Assembly (NCBI GenBank): GCA_026991575.1 | Contig: JALXBF010000039.1 | Location: forward strand, 1-64,000 | DNA: 64,000 nucleotides | Source of the DNA: Planctomycetota bacterium | GTDB lineage: Bacteria; Planctomycetota; Planctomycetia; JALXBF01 | Reading direction: 5' to 3' | Part shown: positions 49,843 through 59,083 of the stretch, one piece after another | How positions within the stretch are numbered: position 1 is the first letter of the stretch | Layout of the letters: each line of letters begins with the position of its first letter | The notes under the pieces: generated by a model | Seen by the model: the letters and a program-made list of their open reading frames with translations, nothing else | What the model was told of the DNA's origin: nothing | Database searches by the model: none | Translations under genes and position numbers: made by a program

Positions 49843-50700
49843 TCATGCAGCGCGGCTCCTGCCGCTGACAGCCTCCTTCGGGGCGGCAGCGGCGGTCGCG
49901 CATGCTGCAGCCGCCGTCGTGGCAACGGCAGGACCAACCTGAACAACGACCAGGCGGCTGCCACCGGCACTGGTCGACACGGTGTGGCCGCGTGCGGCCG
50001 TAACGTGGACCTGTTCCCGGACGAAAGCGGCCACGGCGGCGATGAGGAACAGTGTTCCCTGAGCCTCCAGCAGTTCCTCCAGAACGATTTCCGCTACGTC
50101 CTCGGTGGGCCAGAACAGCTCGAGCTGACCGAGTGCGGCGATCAAGAAGCAGGCAGCCCCCGCACCAATTGCCAATCTCGGCCACAATCGCGTGACGATC
50201 AGGTAGCGGCACATGCCGGCAAATGCCACTGCCAGCAGCACGGCGTACGGAACGGCCCAGTACAGAGATCCATCGCCGTAGAGACGGGTGGCGAAGAGCC
50301 GCACGCACAGCTCTTTGAATGCCTCGTGCAAGCTCCCGCCCTCGTCCATGCTCATCAGCGCGAAGACACCAGCTGCCCACCCCCAGCAGGCCAGCTCACG
50401 GCGACTTGCCGATTTGACCGCCCTCAGCGCCAGCGCCGCCAGGCACAGCACTGCCAGCGCAAAGAGCGCCACCGTATTCAGCCATGCGTTCAAGGACCCT
50501 TCACCGTCCAGATCGAGTGCCGCGATGACACCATCTGTCGGGCGAGCCCACTGAGCGAGCGTGAAGCTGAACGCATAGCCGAGGCCGGTCAGTAGATTGA
50601 AGGTCGTTGCAGCTGTCCAGGCGTAGAGGCGCATCCTGGCGGACGGGAATAGTTTTGGGTGGATCAGCGACGAACCGTGGGTCTGCTGAAGCATGGCCAA
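49843..50700 (-). CDS. Hypothetical polytopic membrane protein
   Basis: About 6 TM helices with conserved-looking acidic motifs (MDEGGSLHE, EELLEAQG). Confidence 0.7.
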   Translation of the reverse strand: MAMLQQTHGSSLIHPKLFPSARMRLYAWTAATTFNLLTGLGYAFSFTLAQWARPTDGVIAALDLDGEGSLNAWLNTVALFALAVLCLAALALRAVKSASRRELACWGWAAGVFALMSMDEGGSLHEAFKELCVRLFATRLYGDGSLYWAVPYAVLLAVAFAGMCRYLIVTRLWPRLAIGAGAACFLIAALGQLELFWPTEDVAEIVLEELLEAQGTLFLIAAVAAFVREQVHVTAARGHTVSTSAGGSRLVVVQVGPAVATTAAAACATAAAAPKEAVSGRSRAA

Positions 50701-50940
50701 GCCTCTCGGGCCGTGCTCGTGTCGCCGGGGGGGCTGGAGCCGAAGCGAGTGCTGCGGCGCGCGGCTGCCTTCGTCACCATGACCCGCACCGCGGCCCCGA
50801 TCACCGCGTGGTGAGAACGTGGCATCATTGTGCGATTGCGGCCGCAGCGGTCAAGGTTGACTCACGCCGCCATTCCGCCATAATCGGCCCCGGTGTCGGT
50901 GAACGGGCCGTGCGCCAAGGTCACGCGCTTGGAGTCACGG

Positions 50941-52641
50941 ATGACCAGGCGGACAGCACGGTGGATCGTCCTGCTGTTGACGATCGCCAGTGCCGCTGCA
51001 CATGCATGGGTAATTGCACGAGCGGTCGCGCCGGCTCAAGACGCGATCCGCTTCGCCCACCAGTTGCGCCGCTTCCAACAGGAACCGCTGCTCGATGTGC
51101 TGCGTTCCGAAGCCCAACACCCCCTCTATCCGCTGCTTTCCGCCGGCGTGGCCACTGTGCTGGCACGACTCCGACCGGACCAACCGCTCGAAAATGCCGT
51201 GCTCGCTCTTCAGCTGATCTCAGCCCTGTGCGGCGTGCTGCTCGTGCCCGTCACGTACCTCATTGCCCGTCAGGTCGCGGCGCGCGAGCCTGCGCTGTGG
51301 GCGACAGCGTTGTTGAATCTTTCGCCGCGTGTCATTGAGGTCTCCTCTGACGGGCTCTCGGACGCTTTGCACCTGTTCCTGGTGGCCATCGCGAGTCTTT
51401 TCTTCTGCAGACTCCTTCGCTCCCGCCATCGGCTGCGTGCGGGCCTGGCCGCCGGTCTCGCCACCGGCGCAGCGTACTGGGTCCGACCGGAGGGGATTAT
51501 GGTGGGAGTGGCAGCGGCGCTGGCCGCCATGGTGACGTTGCCCGCACTAGGGCGCGACCGCCGCATGCGTGTCGCACTTGCCTACACGCTGGGCGGTACT
51601 GCCGCCGTTGTCATGCTCGGGCTGTTCGTAGCGGCCACCGGTCGTTTGACCACGAAGGCCACGCCCGGCAAACTCCTTGGGATACCGAGTGGCCAGCTCG
51701 CAGTAGCACGAAGCCAGGCGATCCCGCCGTTCAAGCAAGCTTCCGTTCAGCAGAACCGCTCCGCCACTGCAACAGTGAAGCCGGTCAGCCGACGGCTGAG
51801 CCAAGAGGCCGTGCGTCGGTTGTCGGCCCGAAACCGTCGCCCGCCGGAGGCCACCGGCCATAATCCCACGCCCCGGCGACAACCTTTCTGGGCAGCACTG
51901 CGGGAGTATGGTTCCGAGCTGGGCTCAGCCTACCACTATCTACCGTTGATCTTCGTGCTCCCCGGTCTGGTCTGCCTTCCGCAGCTGCGGCACGCGCGCC
52001 ATACGATCCTGCTGCTAACGATCATCTTCCTGCTGTACACTGCGACGGTCTTCCTGCTGTATATCCGCGTGGGTTACCTGTCGATGCGGCATGTGCTAGT
52101 GCCGGCATTGGCCCTGGCTCCCACGATCGGGCTGGGCTGCGCCCGGTCCGTGAGCGCGCTGGCCCGATGGCTCAACCGGTCACAGTCGGTCACACGGTTG
52201 CTTAGCCGCCGGTCGCTGCAGCCGTCGGCAGTCGCCGGTCTGCTGACCAGCGTGGTCATCGCTTGCGTCTTCCTACCGCGACTTTGCCAGCCGCTGCACC
52301 ACTCCCGCGCCGGCGCAATGGAAGCAGCGGAATGGCTGCGTGCGCACGCGGAGCCGGACGACGCAGTACTCGACCTGCACCTGCTGTCCGGTGCGTACGC
52401 GAACCTGCCCACGTACCCGCTTGCCAAGCACCGGATAGCCCTGCGCGACCGCCGGCTCCGGTTCGTGATCATCGACGTCGATGACCTGCGCCGCAAAGAT
52501 CCCCCCTACTCGACGCTGCTCCGCCTACTCCGCCGCCGTGGCCGCCTGGTGGCCGTCTTTCCGAGCCAGCCGGACGTTGAGCCCAGCGTGCTTGTATACG
52601 AGCTCCCCCGGCCCACACGCACGGCACGCAGAACGCGTTGA
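50941..52641 (+). CDS. GT-C fold glycosyltransferase (GT39/PMT_2-like)
   Basis: QDA..F, QHPLYP, SDGLSDAL, RPEG and RH motifs, with multiple TM helices. Confidence 0.75.
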   Translation: MTRRTARWIVLLLTIASAAAHAWVIARAVAPAQDAIRFAHQLRRFQQEPLLDVLRSEAQHPLYPLLSAGVATVLARLRPDQPLENAVLALQLISALCGVLLVPVTYLIARQVAAREPALWATALLNLSPRVIEVSSDGLSDALHLFLVAIASLFFCRLLRSRHRLRAGLAAGLATGAAYWVRPEGIMVGVAAALAAMVTLPALGRDRRMRVALAYTLGGTAAVVMLGLFVAATGRLTTKATPGKLLGIPSGQLAVARSQAIPPFKQASVQQNRSATATVKPVSRRLSQEAVRRLSARNRRPPEATGHNPTPRRQPFWAALREYGSELGSAYHYLPLIFVLPGLVCLPQLRHARHTILLLTIIFLLYTATVFLLYIRVGYLSMRHVLVPALALAPTIGLGCARSVSALARWLNRSQSVTRLLSRRSLQPSAVAGLLTSVVIACVFLPRLCQPLHHSRAGAMEAAEWLRAHAEPDDAVLDLHLLSGAYANLPTYPLAKHRIALRDRRLRFVIIDVDDLRRKDPPYSTLLRLLRRRGRLVAVFPSQPDVEPSVLVYELPRPTRTARRTR

Positions 52642-52893
52642 GCGGCCGCAGCCGCGGCTCCCCCTTTCCCCCTCTCGGCCGCATCGACGCGCTGTCGCAA
52701 CCACGGCCCCGTGAACCAAGCCGCCGACAGCCCCCCGGCCGTGCCATCGCACCCTCCCACGAATCGTTCGCCCGTGCACAACCTTCTGCGGGAAACGGCG
52801 CCTTATACTGGGTGCTTGATCAGCACTGCCTGCTCCGCATCCCGTCGCCCGTCCTCGGCTAGACCACGGGAGCCGTGGAAAGGTGAGAACACC

Positions 52894-55074
52894 ATGAACG
52901 CCCACACCTGGCGCTGGATTCTGGCGCTGTTGCTGGCCGGGGCAGGTCCTCTCAGCAGATCTCCCCAGCTTGCGGCGGCCGACCCGGTCGACGTGCAGCT
53001 GGACAGGGCTGCTCCGCCCTCGGGTGTCAGACTCGACGTGCAACCGGACACAGTGTGGATTAGCTGGGCAACTGGCAGGGCGGACGAACCGACCGCTCGA
53101 CTCGTTCTGACTCGCCGGCCAGACCATCCGGCCCTGATCCGCAGCCTGGCGATCCGGACAGCCGATGGTCGCTGGCAGACGGTGGCCTCGGAGCTCGAGC
53201 CGGTCTGGTTCCTAACGGTCGGCACGCGGCGGGTTCCTCCCGGGAAACCGAGCTGGCAGAAATGGTTCGTCTTTTTTGACAACCCGGCCAGGCGCCCCCA
53301 TGAGACGTTCACGGTCCAAGCCAGACTCGACCGGATTGCGATCCGTTGGGATCATCCGGGGGTGGTCATCGATTGTGGCAGTTTGTCGGCTGGACCGTTC
53401 CGCGGGCGTCGCCGGCTAATCATTTACCCCGGTTGCGACCTACTGCACTGCGTCGCCGCTCTGTCCACCGAGCGCGATCGCCTGGCCATCGTCTACGACG
53501 CCGGTGTTCTTGATCGTGCCGGGGGCGCGTGGCAAACGTACGGCTGGATCGACACAGAGGATCGGTTTCGCGCGGCGGAACTGGACCGCTTCCAGCGCGC
53601 TGCACCACTGCGTGTGCGGTACCGGACGGTTGCCGCAACGGCCGCCGGCGGATCGCTAGCCTGCTTCGCTCCGCCACATCAGTTCCAGTTCCCACGCGAC
53701 TGGACCGACAACCTCGGCTTTGTGTGGGCCGGCCCCCACTATCGCGGCAGCTCAGCACCGGCCGGCATCGGGATCCGTCAGCCGAAGACCGGTGGCGGAG
53801 CATGGGTCCCGTGGTTCAATGCACCGCCAAACCGGGAACATCGGCTAAGCTTTTTCATCTGTTGGACCAGCGGAACCGCTGAAGAGGCCATACGCTTCGT
53901 TCGCCGGTACACGAACGACGACCGGTTCGTGGCGCTGCCCGGCTACCGCACCTTCACCAGCCACTATCACATGGCCGTGGCCGTCACGGCGATGCAGCGG
54001 GCTGCTGAGGGCAAACGGCCGTTGGATCCACCCGAGTTCGTGCGGGTATTCAAGCGGATGGGCGTGGAAATGGTGCACCTGGCTGAGTTCCACGGTGATG
54101 GGCACCAGAAGGATCCCGGTCCGCTGAGGCTGAAAGAGCTGTCGTGGATGTTCCGTGAGTGTCGCCGACTGTCAGACGAGACGTTCCTGCTCATTCCCGG
54201 AGAGGAGGTGAACACATTTCTGGGGCTACCGCCCAGGCCAGGTCGGCATCCGGGCCACTGGATGAGCCTGTTCCCCAGGCCGGTGTACTGGATCATGCAC
54301 CGTGGCGAAGACCAGCCGTTCGTTACGACAGACGCCCGATACGGCAAGGTGTACCGTGTGGGGTCTACTGCGGACATGATGCGGCTGCTGGAGCGCGAGC
54401 ACGGGCTTGTCTGGACCGCACACCCGCGCATCAAGGCATCGAGCTGGACACCGGACGTGTTCCGCGACCAGCCGTGGTTCCTGGCCGACTATTGGCTCGG
54501 TGCCGCGTGGAAGGCGATGCCTGGCGACTTGTCCGAAGACCGGCTCGGGATCCGTGCGCTCGACCTGCTGGACGACATGGCCAACTGGGGAGTGCGAAAG
54601 TATGTGCTGGGCGAGGTGGACGTGTTCAAGATTGACCACACGCACGAGCTGTACAGCCACATGAACATCAACTACGTGAAACTGGCGGAGCTTCCTCGCT
54701 TTGACCAGGGGTGGCAACCGGTTCTGACCGCGTTACGCTCCGGGAGGTTCTTCGTGTCTACAGGCGAGGTGCTGATTCCCATGTTTACGGTGGCGGGCCG
54801 CGAGTCGGGGCAGACGGTTCGCGGTGTGAATGATGGTCCGGTGACGGTCCGCTTTCGGGTGCGGTGGACGTTTCCGCTGAAATCGGTGTGGTTGGTCAGT
54901 GGCGATGGCAAGCAGGTGAGGCGTCGGCGGATTGATGCGCTTCCGGCCGGGGCATTTGGGGAGCGTGAGTTTGAGTTGACGGTGGACTTGAGTGGCCAGC
55001 GGTGGGTTAGGTTGGAGGCATGGGACGTGGCAGTCAACGGCGCGTTCACGCAGCCTGTTTGGTTGGAACCGTAG
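52894..55074 (+). CDS. Secreted protein with a C-terminal PHP/CehA-McbA-like metallohydrolase domain
   Basis: Signal peptide, then SHYH, HLAEFHGDGH, PGEE, GHW, AHPR and GRFFVSTG motifs. Confidence 0.7.
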   Translation: MNAHTWRWILALLLAGAGPLSRSPQLAAADPVDVQLDRAAPPSGVRLDVQPDTVWISWATGRADEPTARLVLTRRPDHPALIRSLAIRTADGRWQTVASELEPVWFLTVGTRRVPPGKPSWQKWFVFFDNPARRPHETFTVQARLDRIAIRWDHPGVVIDCGSLSAGPFRGRRRLIIYPGCDLLHCVAALSTERDRLAIVYDAGVLDRAGGAWQTYGWIDTEDRFRAAELDRFQRAAPLRVRYRTVAATAAGGSLACFAPPHQFQFPRDWTDNLGFVWAGPHYRGSSAPAGIGIRQPKTGGGAWVPWFNAPPNREHRLSFFICWTSGTAEEAIRFVRRYTNDDRFVALPGYRTFTSHYHMAVAVTAMQRAAEGKRPLDPPEFVRVFKRMGVEMVHLAEFHGDGHQKDPGPLRLKELSWMFRECRRLSDETFLLIPGEEVNTFLGLPPRPGRHPGHWMSLFPRPVYWIMHRGEDQPFVTTDARYGKVYRVGSTADMMRLLEREHGLVWTAHPRIKASSWTPDVFRDQPWFLADYWLGAAWKAMPGDLSEDRLGIRALDLLDDMANWGVRKYVLGEVDVFKIDHTHELYSHMNINYVKLAELPRFDQGWQPVLTALRSGRFFVSTGEVLIPMFTVAGRESGQTVRGVNDGPVTVRFRVRWTFPLKSVWLVSGDGKQVRRRRIDALPAGAFGEREFELTVDLSGQRWVRLEAWDVAVNGAFTQPVWLEP

Positions 55075-55095
55075 CGCGGGATGGTATCGATTCAG

Positions 55096-55179
55096 TGCGA
55101 GAGGCGGGACTCGAACCCGCACGCCCGTGAGGGCACAGGATCCTAAATCCTGCGCGTCTGCCAGTTCCGCCACTCTCGC
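55096..55179 (-). tRNA. tRNA-Leu(TAG)
   Basis: GCGAGAG acceptor stem, D-arm TGGCGGAACTGGCAGACGC, anticodon arm CAGGA-TTTAGGA-TCCTG, long variable arm and GGTTCGAGTCC T-arm. CCA is not encoded. Confidence 0.96.
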
Positions 55180-55409
55180 ATACACGCCGCGGATCCACTC
55201 TATGCTTGGACCTACGCGCGGCACTGTCAAGCACAGGATACCGCCCACGGATAGAATCCGGCTCTTGTGCGGGGAACCGAATGCTCCAGGGACCGCCCCA
55301 ACGGGATGCTCACTTGGGTAGCCGGTCTGCTCACCGGCTTGACGCCCTGGTCAACGCCGTTGGGATTTTAGAATGCAGTGATTCGTTTCGGGGCGCCAAG
55401 GGCAAACCA

Positions 55410-55772
55410 ATGCCGGAGCGATTCGTGCTCATCGCCGGCCGCACGGCGCGGCAAGGGACGACGTTGAACAAGTCGAAGCTGGCGGGGGAGTACCTGGAAG
55501 AAATCTCCACCGTGTACATTGCCCCCGAGGACGCAGAGCGCCTGGGGCTGCGCGACGGCCAGCGGGTACGGCTGAGCAGTGACCACGGGTCCGTAGTGCT
55601 GCGGTGCCGCCGGGCGCGTAAGGACGAGCTGGCACCGGGAGTCTTGTTCCTGCCTTACGGCGATGCTTCCAGCCGACTAATGGGTGCCGACACTCACGGC
55701 ACGGGTATGCCCGACAGCAAAGGGCTTGACGTCGTGCTCGAACCGCTTCCGGACACAACGTCGAGGGGGTGA
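55410..55772 (+). CDS. fwdD: Formylmethanofuran dehydrogenase subunit D (molybdopterin dinucleotide-binding domain)
   Basis: GRT..QG, EDAERLGL.DG..V.L.S..G, PG.LFLPYG and TGMPDSKG motifs. Confidence 0.88.
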   Translation: MPERFVLIAGRTARQGTTLNKSKLAGEYLEEISTVYIAPEDAERLGLRDGQRVRLSSDHGSVVLRCRRARKDELAPGVLFLPYGDASSRLMGADTHGTGMPDSKGLDVVLEPLPDTTSRG

Positions 55773-55773
55773 T

Positions 55774-57105
55774 ATGTCCGCAGAGAACGGCCGCAAACTG
55801 GTCCGCGATGTGACCTGCACGTTTTGCGGGTGCGTTTGTGATGACATCGTGCTGGAGGTTGAGGGCAACCGGATTGTCAAGGCGCGCAACGCGTGTGTGC
55901 TCGGCACAGCCTGGTTCCTGAACCACGCGCCCGCGACGCTGCCCGCATGCCGGATCGACGGCAAACCGGCACCGCTGCAGGAGGGCATCCGGTTGGCCGC
56001 CGAGATCCTGGCCGAGGCGCGGTATCCGTTAATCTACGGGTTGAGCGACACGACCAGCGAAGCGCAGCGCGTCGCCTGTCGCCTAGCCGACCGCATCGGC
56101 GCCTGCCTCGACACGACCACCTCCGTGTGCCACGGTCCTAGCGGTATGGCCTTTCAGGGCGTAGGCGAAGTGACCTGCACGCTGGGCGAAATCAAGCACC
56201 GCGCGGACCTGGTCGTGTTCTGGGGGTGTAACCCGGCCGAGTCCCATCCGCGCCACTTCACGCGCTACTCGACCATGCCTCGAGGCTTCCTCGTACCGCG
56301 CGGACGGAAGGACCGTACGGTAGTCGTGGTTGACGTGCGCAAGACGAAGAGTGCCGCAGCGGCCGACATCTTCATCCGCATCCGTCCCAGGAGCGACTTC
56401 GAAGCGCTCTGGACGTTACGCGCTCTGGTGCGCGGCCGCCACGTGGACCCTGACGAAGTGACGCGCTTGACCGGCGTTTCGTTCGAAACATGGCGCGAGC
56501 TGGCCGAGCGCATGCGGACCTGTCGTTTTGGCGTGCTGCTGTTCGGAATGGGTCTGTCGATGACGCGGGGCAAGCACTTGAACGTGGCCGCAGCGCTTGC
56601 GCTGGCCCGCGACCTCAACGAGCACGGCCGGTTCGCGGCCAAGCCGATGCGAGGCCACGGGAATGTCACTGGTGCGGACAACGTCGTGGCCTGGCAGACC
56701 GGCTTTCCATTCGGTGTGGGCCTGAACCGGGGCTACCCGCGGTTCAACCCTGGGGAATTCACCGCAACCGATGTGCTCTGTCGGGGCGAAGCGGATGCTG
56801 CGCTGATCATCGCGGCCGACCCGGCGGCGAACTTCGCCGAACCGGCGCGGCAGCACCTGCGGCGCATTCCGGTGATTTCACTCGACCCGAAGGACACGCC
56901 AACGGCCCGCCTGGCCCGGGTCGCTTTCTGCACCGCCCCGTACGGGATCAGCACACCCGGCACGGTCTACCGCATGGACGATGTGCCCATCTACTTGAGG
57001 CCGGCACTGCCGTCACCGCATCCGAGTGACCAGCAGGTGCTTGAGCTCCTGGACCAGGCCGTCGCGGAGGCGCTGCTCCGCCGTACGGGCTCCCCCGTGC
57101 GCTAG
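55774..57105 (+). CDS. fwdB: Formylmethanofuran dehydrogenase subunit B
   Basis: CTFCGCVCDD...C, SVCHGPS, WGCNPAESHPRH, MRGHGNVTG and YRMDDVP motifs. Confidence 0.92.
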   Translation: MSAENGRKLVRDVTCTFCGCVCDDIVLEVEGNRIVKARNACVLGTAWFLNHAPATLPACRIDGKPAPLQEGIRLAAEILAEARYPLIYGLSDTTSEAQRVACRLADRIGACLDTTTSVCHGPSGMAFQGVGEVTCTLGEIKHRADLVVFWGCNPAESHPRHFTRYSTMPRGFLVPRGRKDRTVVVVDVRKTKSAAAADIFIRIRPRSDFEALWTLRALVRGRHVDPDEVTRLTGVSFETWRELAERMRTCRFGVLLFGMGLSMTRGKHLNVAAALALARDLNEHGRFAAKPMRGHGNVTGADNVVAWQTGFPFGVGLNRGYPRFNPGEFTATDVLCRGEADAALIIAADPAANFAEPARQHLRRIPVISLDPKDTPTARLARVAFCTAPYGISTPGTVYRMDDVPIYLRPALPSPHPSDQQVLELLDQAVAEALLRRTGSPVR

Positions 57106-57188
57106 TGTGGTCGCCAGCTGCAGGAAGGCGTTCCGCACGCGTAAGGTCAGCATGGTAACCTGGAGACGGCGTCCGGCTGACACTCCGC

Positions 57189-58880
57189 TCAGGCCCCTCC
57201 CCGCTCACCACAATCCGGCGGCCTGTTCTGCGCGTTCCTGCCCGGGTTGGGCATGTGGACGGCCGTCGGATGGCTATCAGGCCCCGGCACGGACCGCAGG
57301 CTCATGCGGTGCTGGCCTGAGCGTACGGCCTCTTCCACGGCGCGCACCAGCGAATTGGCACTGGCTGCATCCTGGACCTCGATCATCGACGGCCAGCACC
57401 GGAACGCTGCCTCAATGACGCGCGGATCCCACTGGCTACCGGCTCCTTCCGCGAAGATCTTACGAATCTGCTCCGGGTCGCGGCGGCGGCGGTAGGCTCG
57501 GTCACTGTACATTGCATCGAAGGCGTCTGCCACGGCCAGGATGCGTCCGTCCATGCTGATCTGCTCGCCGGCAACCCCGTCCGGATACCCTTTGCCGTCG
57601 TACCGCTCATGATGGTGTCGTACGGCCGGAATGAGCTGGCGGAACCAGCGGACCTGCTCCAGGATCGCAACGCCGATCTCCACGTGCGACATGATGTGCT
57701 CACGCTCCTCAGGCGTCAGCGGCCCGGGTTTCTTCAGCACGGCGTCATCGATCCCGATTTTGCCGATATCGTGCAGCAGGCCGGCAAGGTACAGGTTTGA
57801 GCAGCGGGTGTCGTCCAGGCCCAGTTGCTGGCCCAGCAGAACCGCAAGCTTAGCGACTCGGTGACTATGGCCACGGGTGTAGTCGTCCTTTGCGTCGATG
57901 GCTGCGGTCAGGGCGCGCATCAAGCCAAGGAGCAGCTCCTTGAACTGGCCGGACAACTGGCGAAACTGCTGATCATTCGCTACGGCTGCTGCGACCGGAC
58001 GGAGTGCTTCGGCAAGTTCGCGGGCTGTACCTTCGTCCAGCCACCGGCACATGGCTACCAACCAGCCGGGGGGCTTGGACTGGTTGCCGGCAACGATCAG
58101 GCACTGCGGCGCGATGCCGTAGCTGCGGCGTGCCTCGTCGACCGTAGCCAGCCAACATCCCGGCGCGAACGGGCGGAGACGTTTGATGGCCCGGCCGACC
58201 ACCCGGCGGTACTCGGCCGGATCGAGTGCGACGGCCCCGGCGAGCACAGGCCGCTGCGCAGGCGCGGCGGGGATCCAGGCGAGCGAGTCCAGTTGGAGCG
58301 TTTCGCACAGACCGGCAAGCAAGCTGGCCACCACGCGGCTTCCGCCCCCCGCGGCCGCACGCCGCGAGCTGGAACCGTACAGGAGCGACAGCAGCGAGGG
58401 TAGTGTCGAGAGGATCAGGCCGTGGTTCGATTTGTCCTCAGAACCTTGCCCCGAACGCATCCGATCCACAACCGCCTGCGCCCAGCGGCGCAGGACGGCC
58501 GCGCCGGTTTCGCTGTCCTGCGCGAGCAGTTTGCCGAGCATGGACGGAGCAGCAGTGCCGCCGGCCGCACTCACGATGCGCGCCACGGCCACGCCCCGTA
58601 GCTGCCCTCCTTGCCACACCGGCAAGGCCAGAGCCCACACGTCGCGGTCCACTTCCTCCAGTTGCGCCGCCTGGCGCTCGTGGGCCAACTCCACGAGCTC
58701 CAACGCTGTCAGTGGCAGCTCAAACGGCAAATGACCCGGCAAGACCGGCACCGGCACAAACACAAATGGCACGCCGAACTCACGGTACAGCTCATCGAAG
58801 AGGCGATTGGCACCGGTTTCCCCCGCCTTCGGCCCGTCCCACGGAACTGCGGGCCAGGTCGTGAACATCGAACTCGACAT
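57189..58880 (-). CDS. HD-GYP cyclic-di-GMP phosphodiesterase with an N-terminal GAF-like region
   Basis: DAKDDYTRGHS, LHDIGK, HHERYDGKGYP and VADAFDAM motifs. Confidence 0.9.
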   Translation of the reverse strand: MSSSMFTTWPAVPWDGPKAGETGANRLFDELYREFGVPFVFVPVPVLPGHLPFELPLTALELVELAHERQAAQLEEVDRDVWALALPVWQGGQLRGVAVARIVSAAGGTAAPSMLGKLLAQDSETGAAVLRRWAQAVVDRMRSGQGSEDKSNHGLILSTLPSLLSLLYGSSSRRAAAGGGSRVVASLLAGLCETLQLDSLAWIPAAPAQRPVLAGAVALDPAEYRRVVGRAIKRLRPFAPGCWLATVDEARRSYGIAPQCLIVAGNQSKPPGWLVAMCRWLDEGTARELAEALRPVAAAVANDQQFRQLSGQFKELLLGLMRALTAAIDAKDDYTRGHSHRVAKLAVLLGQQLGLDDTRCSNLYLAGLLHDIGKIGIDDAVLKKPGPLTPEEREHIMSHVEIGVAILEQVRWFRQLIPAVRHHHERYDGKGYPDGVAGEQISMDGRILAVADAFDAMYSDRAYRRRRDPEQIRKIFAEGAGSQWDPRVIEAAFRCWPSMIEVQDAASANSLVRAVEEAVRSGQHRMSLRSVPGPDSHPTAVHMPNPGRNAQNRPPDCGERGGA

Positions 58881-59083
58881 GTTGCTTCCCTCGATCGAAC
58901 GCGAATCGATCCCTGGCAGCGTTGCTGACAGCCCGCCACGGGTATCTACATTGCGGATTGCGCTTCGTCAAACCGCCTGGCATCACCTCCCCACAGGCGT
59001 GCTGCCTGACACCACGAGCTACGGTTGAGAGAGGCGTGGCAGGAGCATGTCTGATCGGGTTGGCCACCATCACTGGTCGTGCT

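Noticed and set aside
55096..55179. tRNA-Leu as an integration site
   Set aside because: No integrase and no duplicated tRNA 3' end seen in the window.
55339..55374. TTGACG...TAGAAT upstream of fwdD, and TTGACA...TAGAGT before the tRNA
   Set aside because: Spacers of 24 and 22 nt are too long for sigma70, and there are too few cases to claim a new promoter class.
56125..56135. Selenocysteine at the FwdB metal ligand
   Set aside because: The codon is TGC (Cys) and there is no in-frame TGA.
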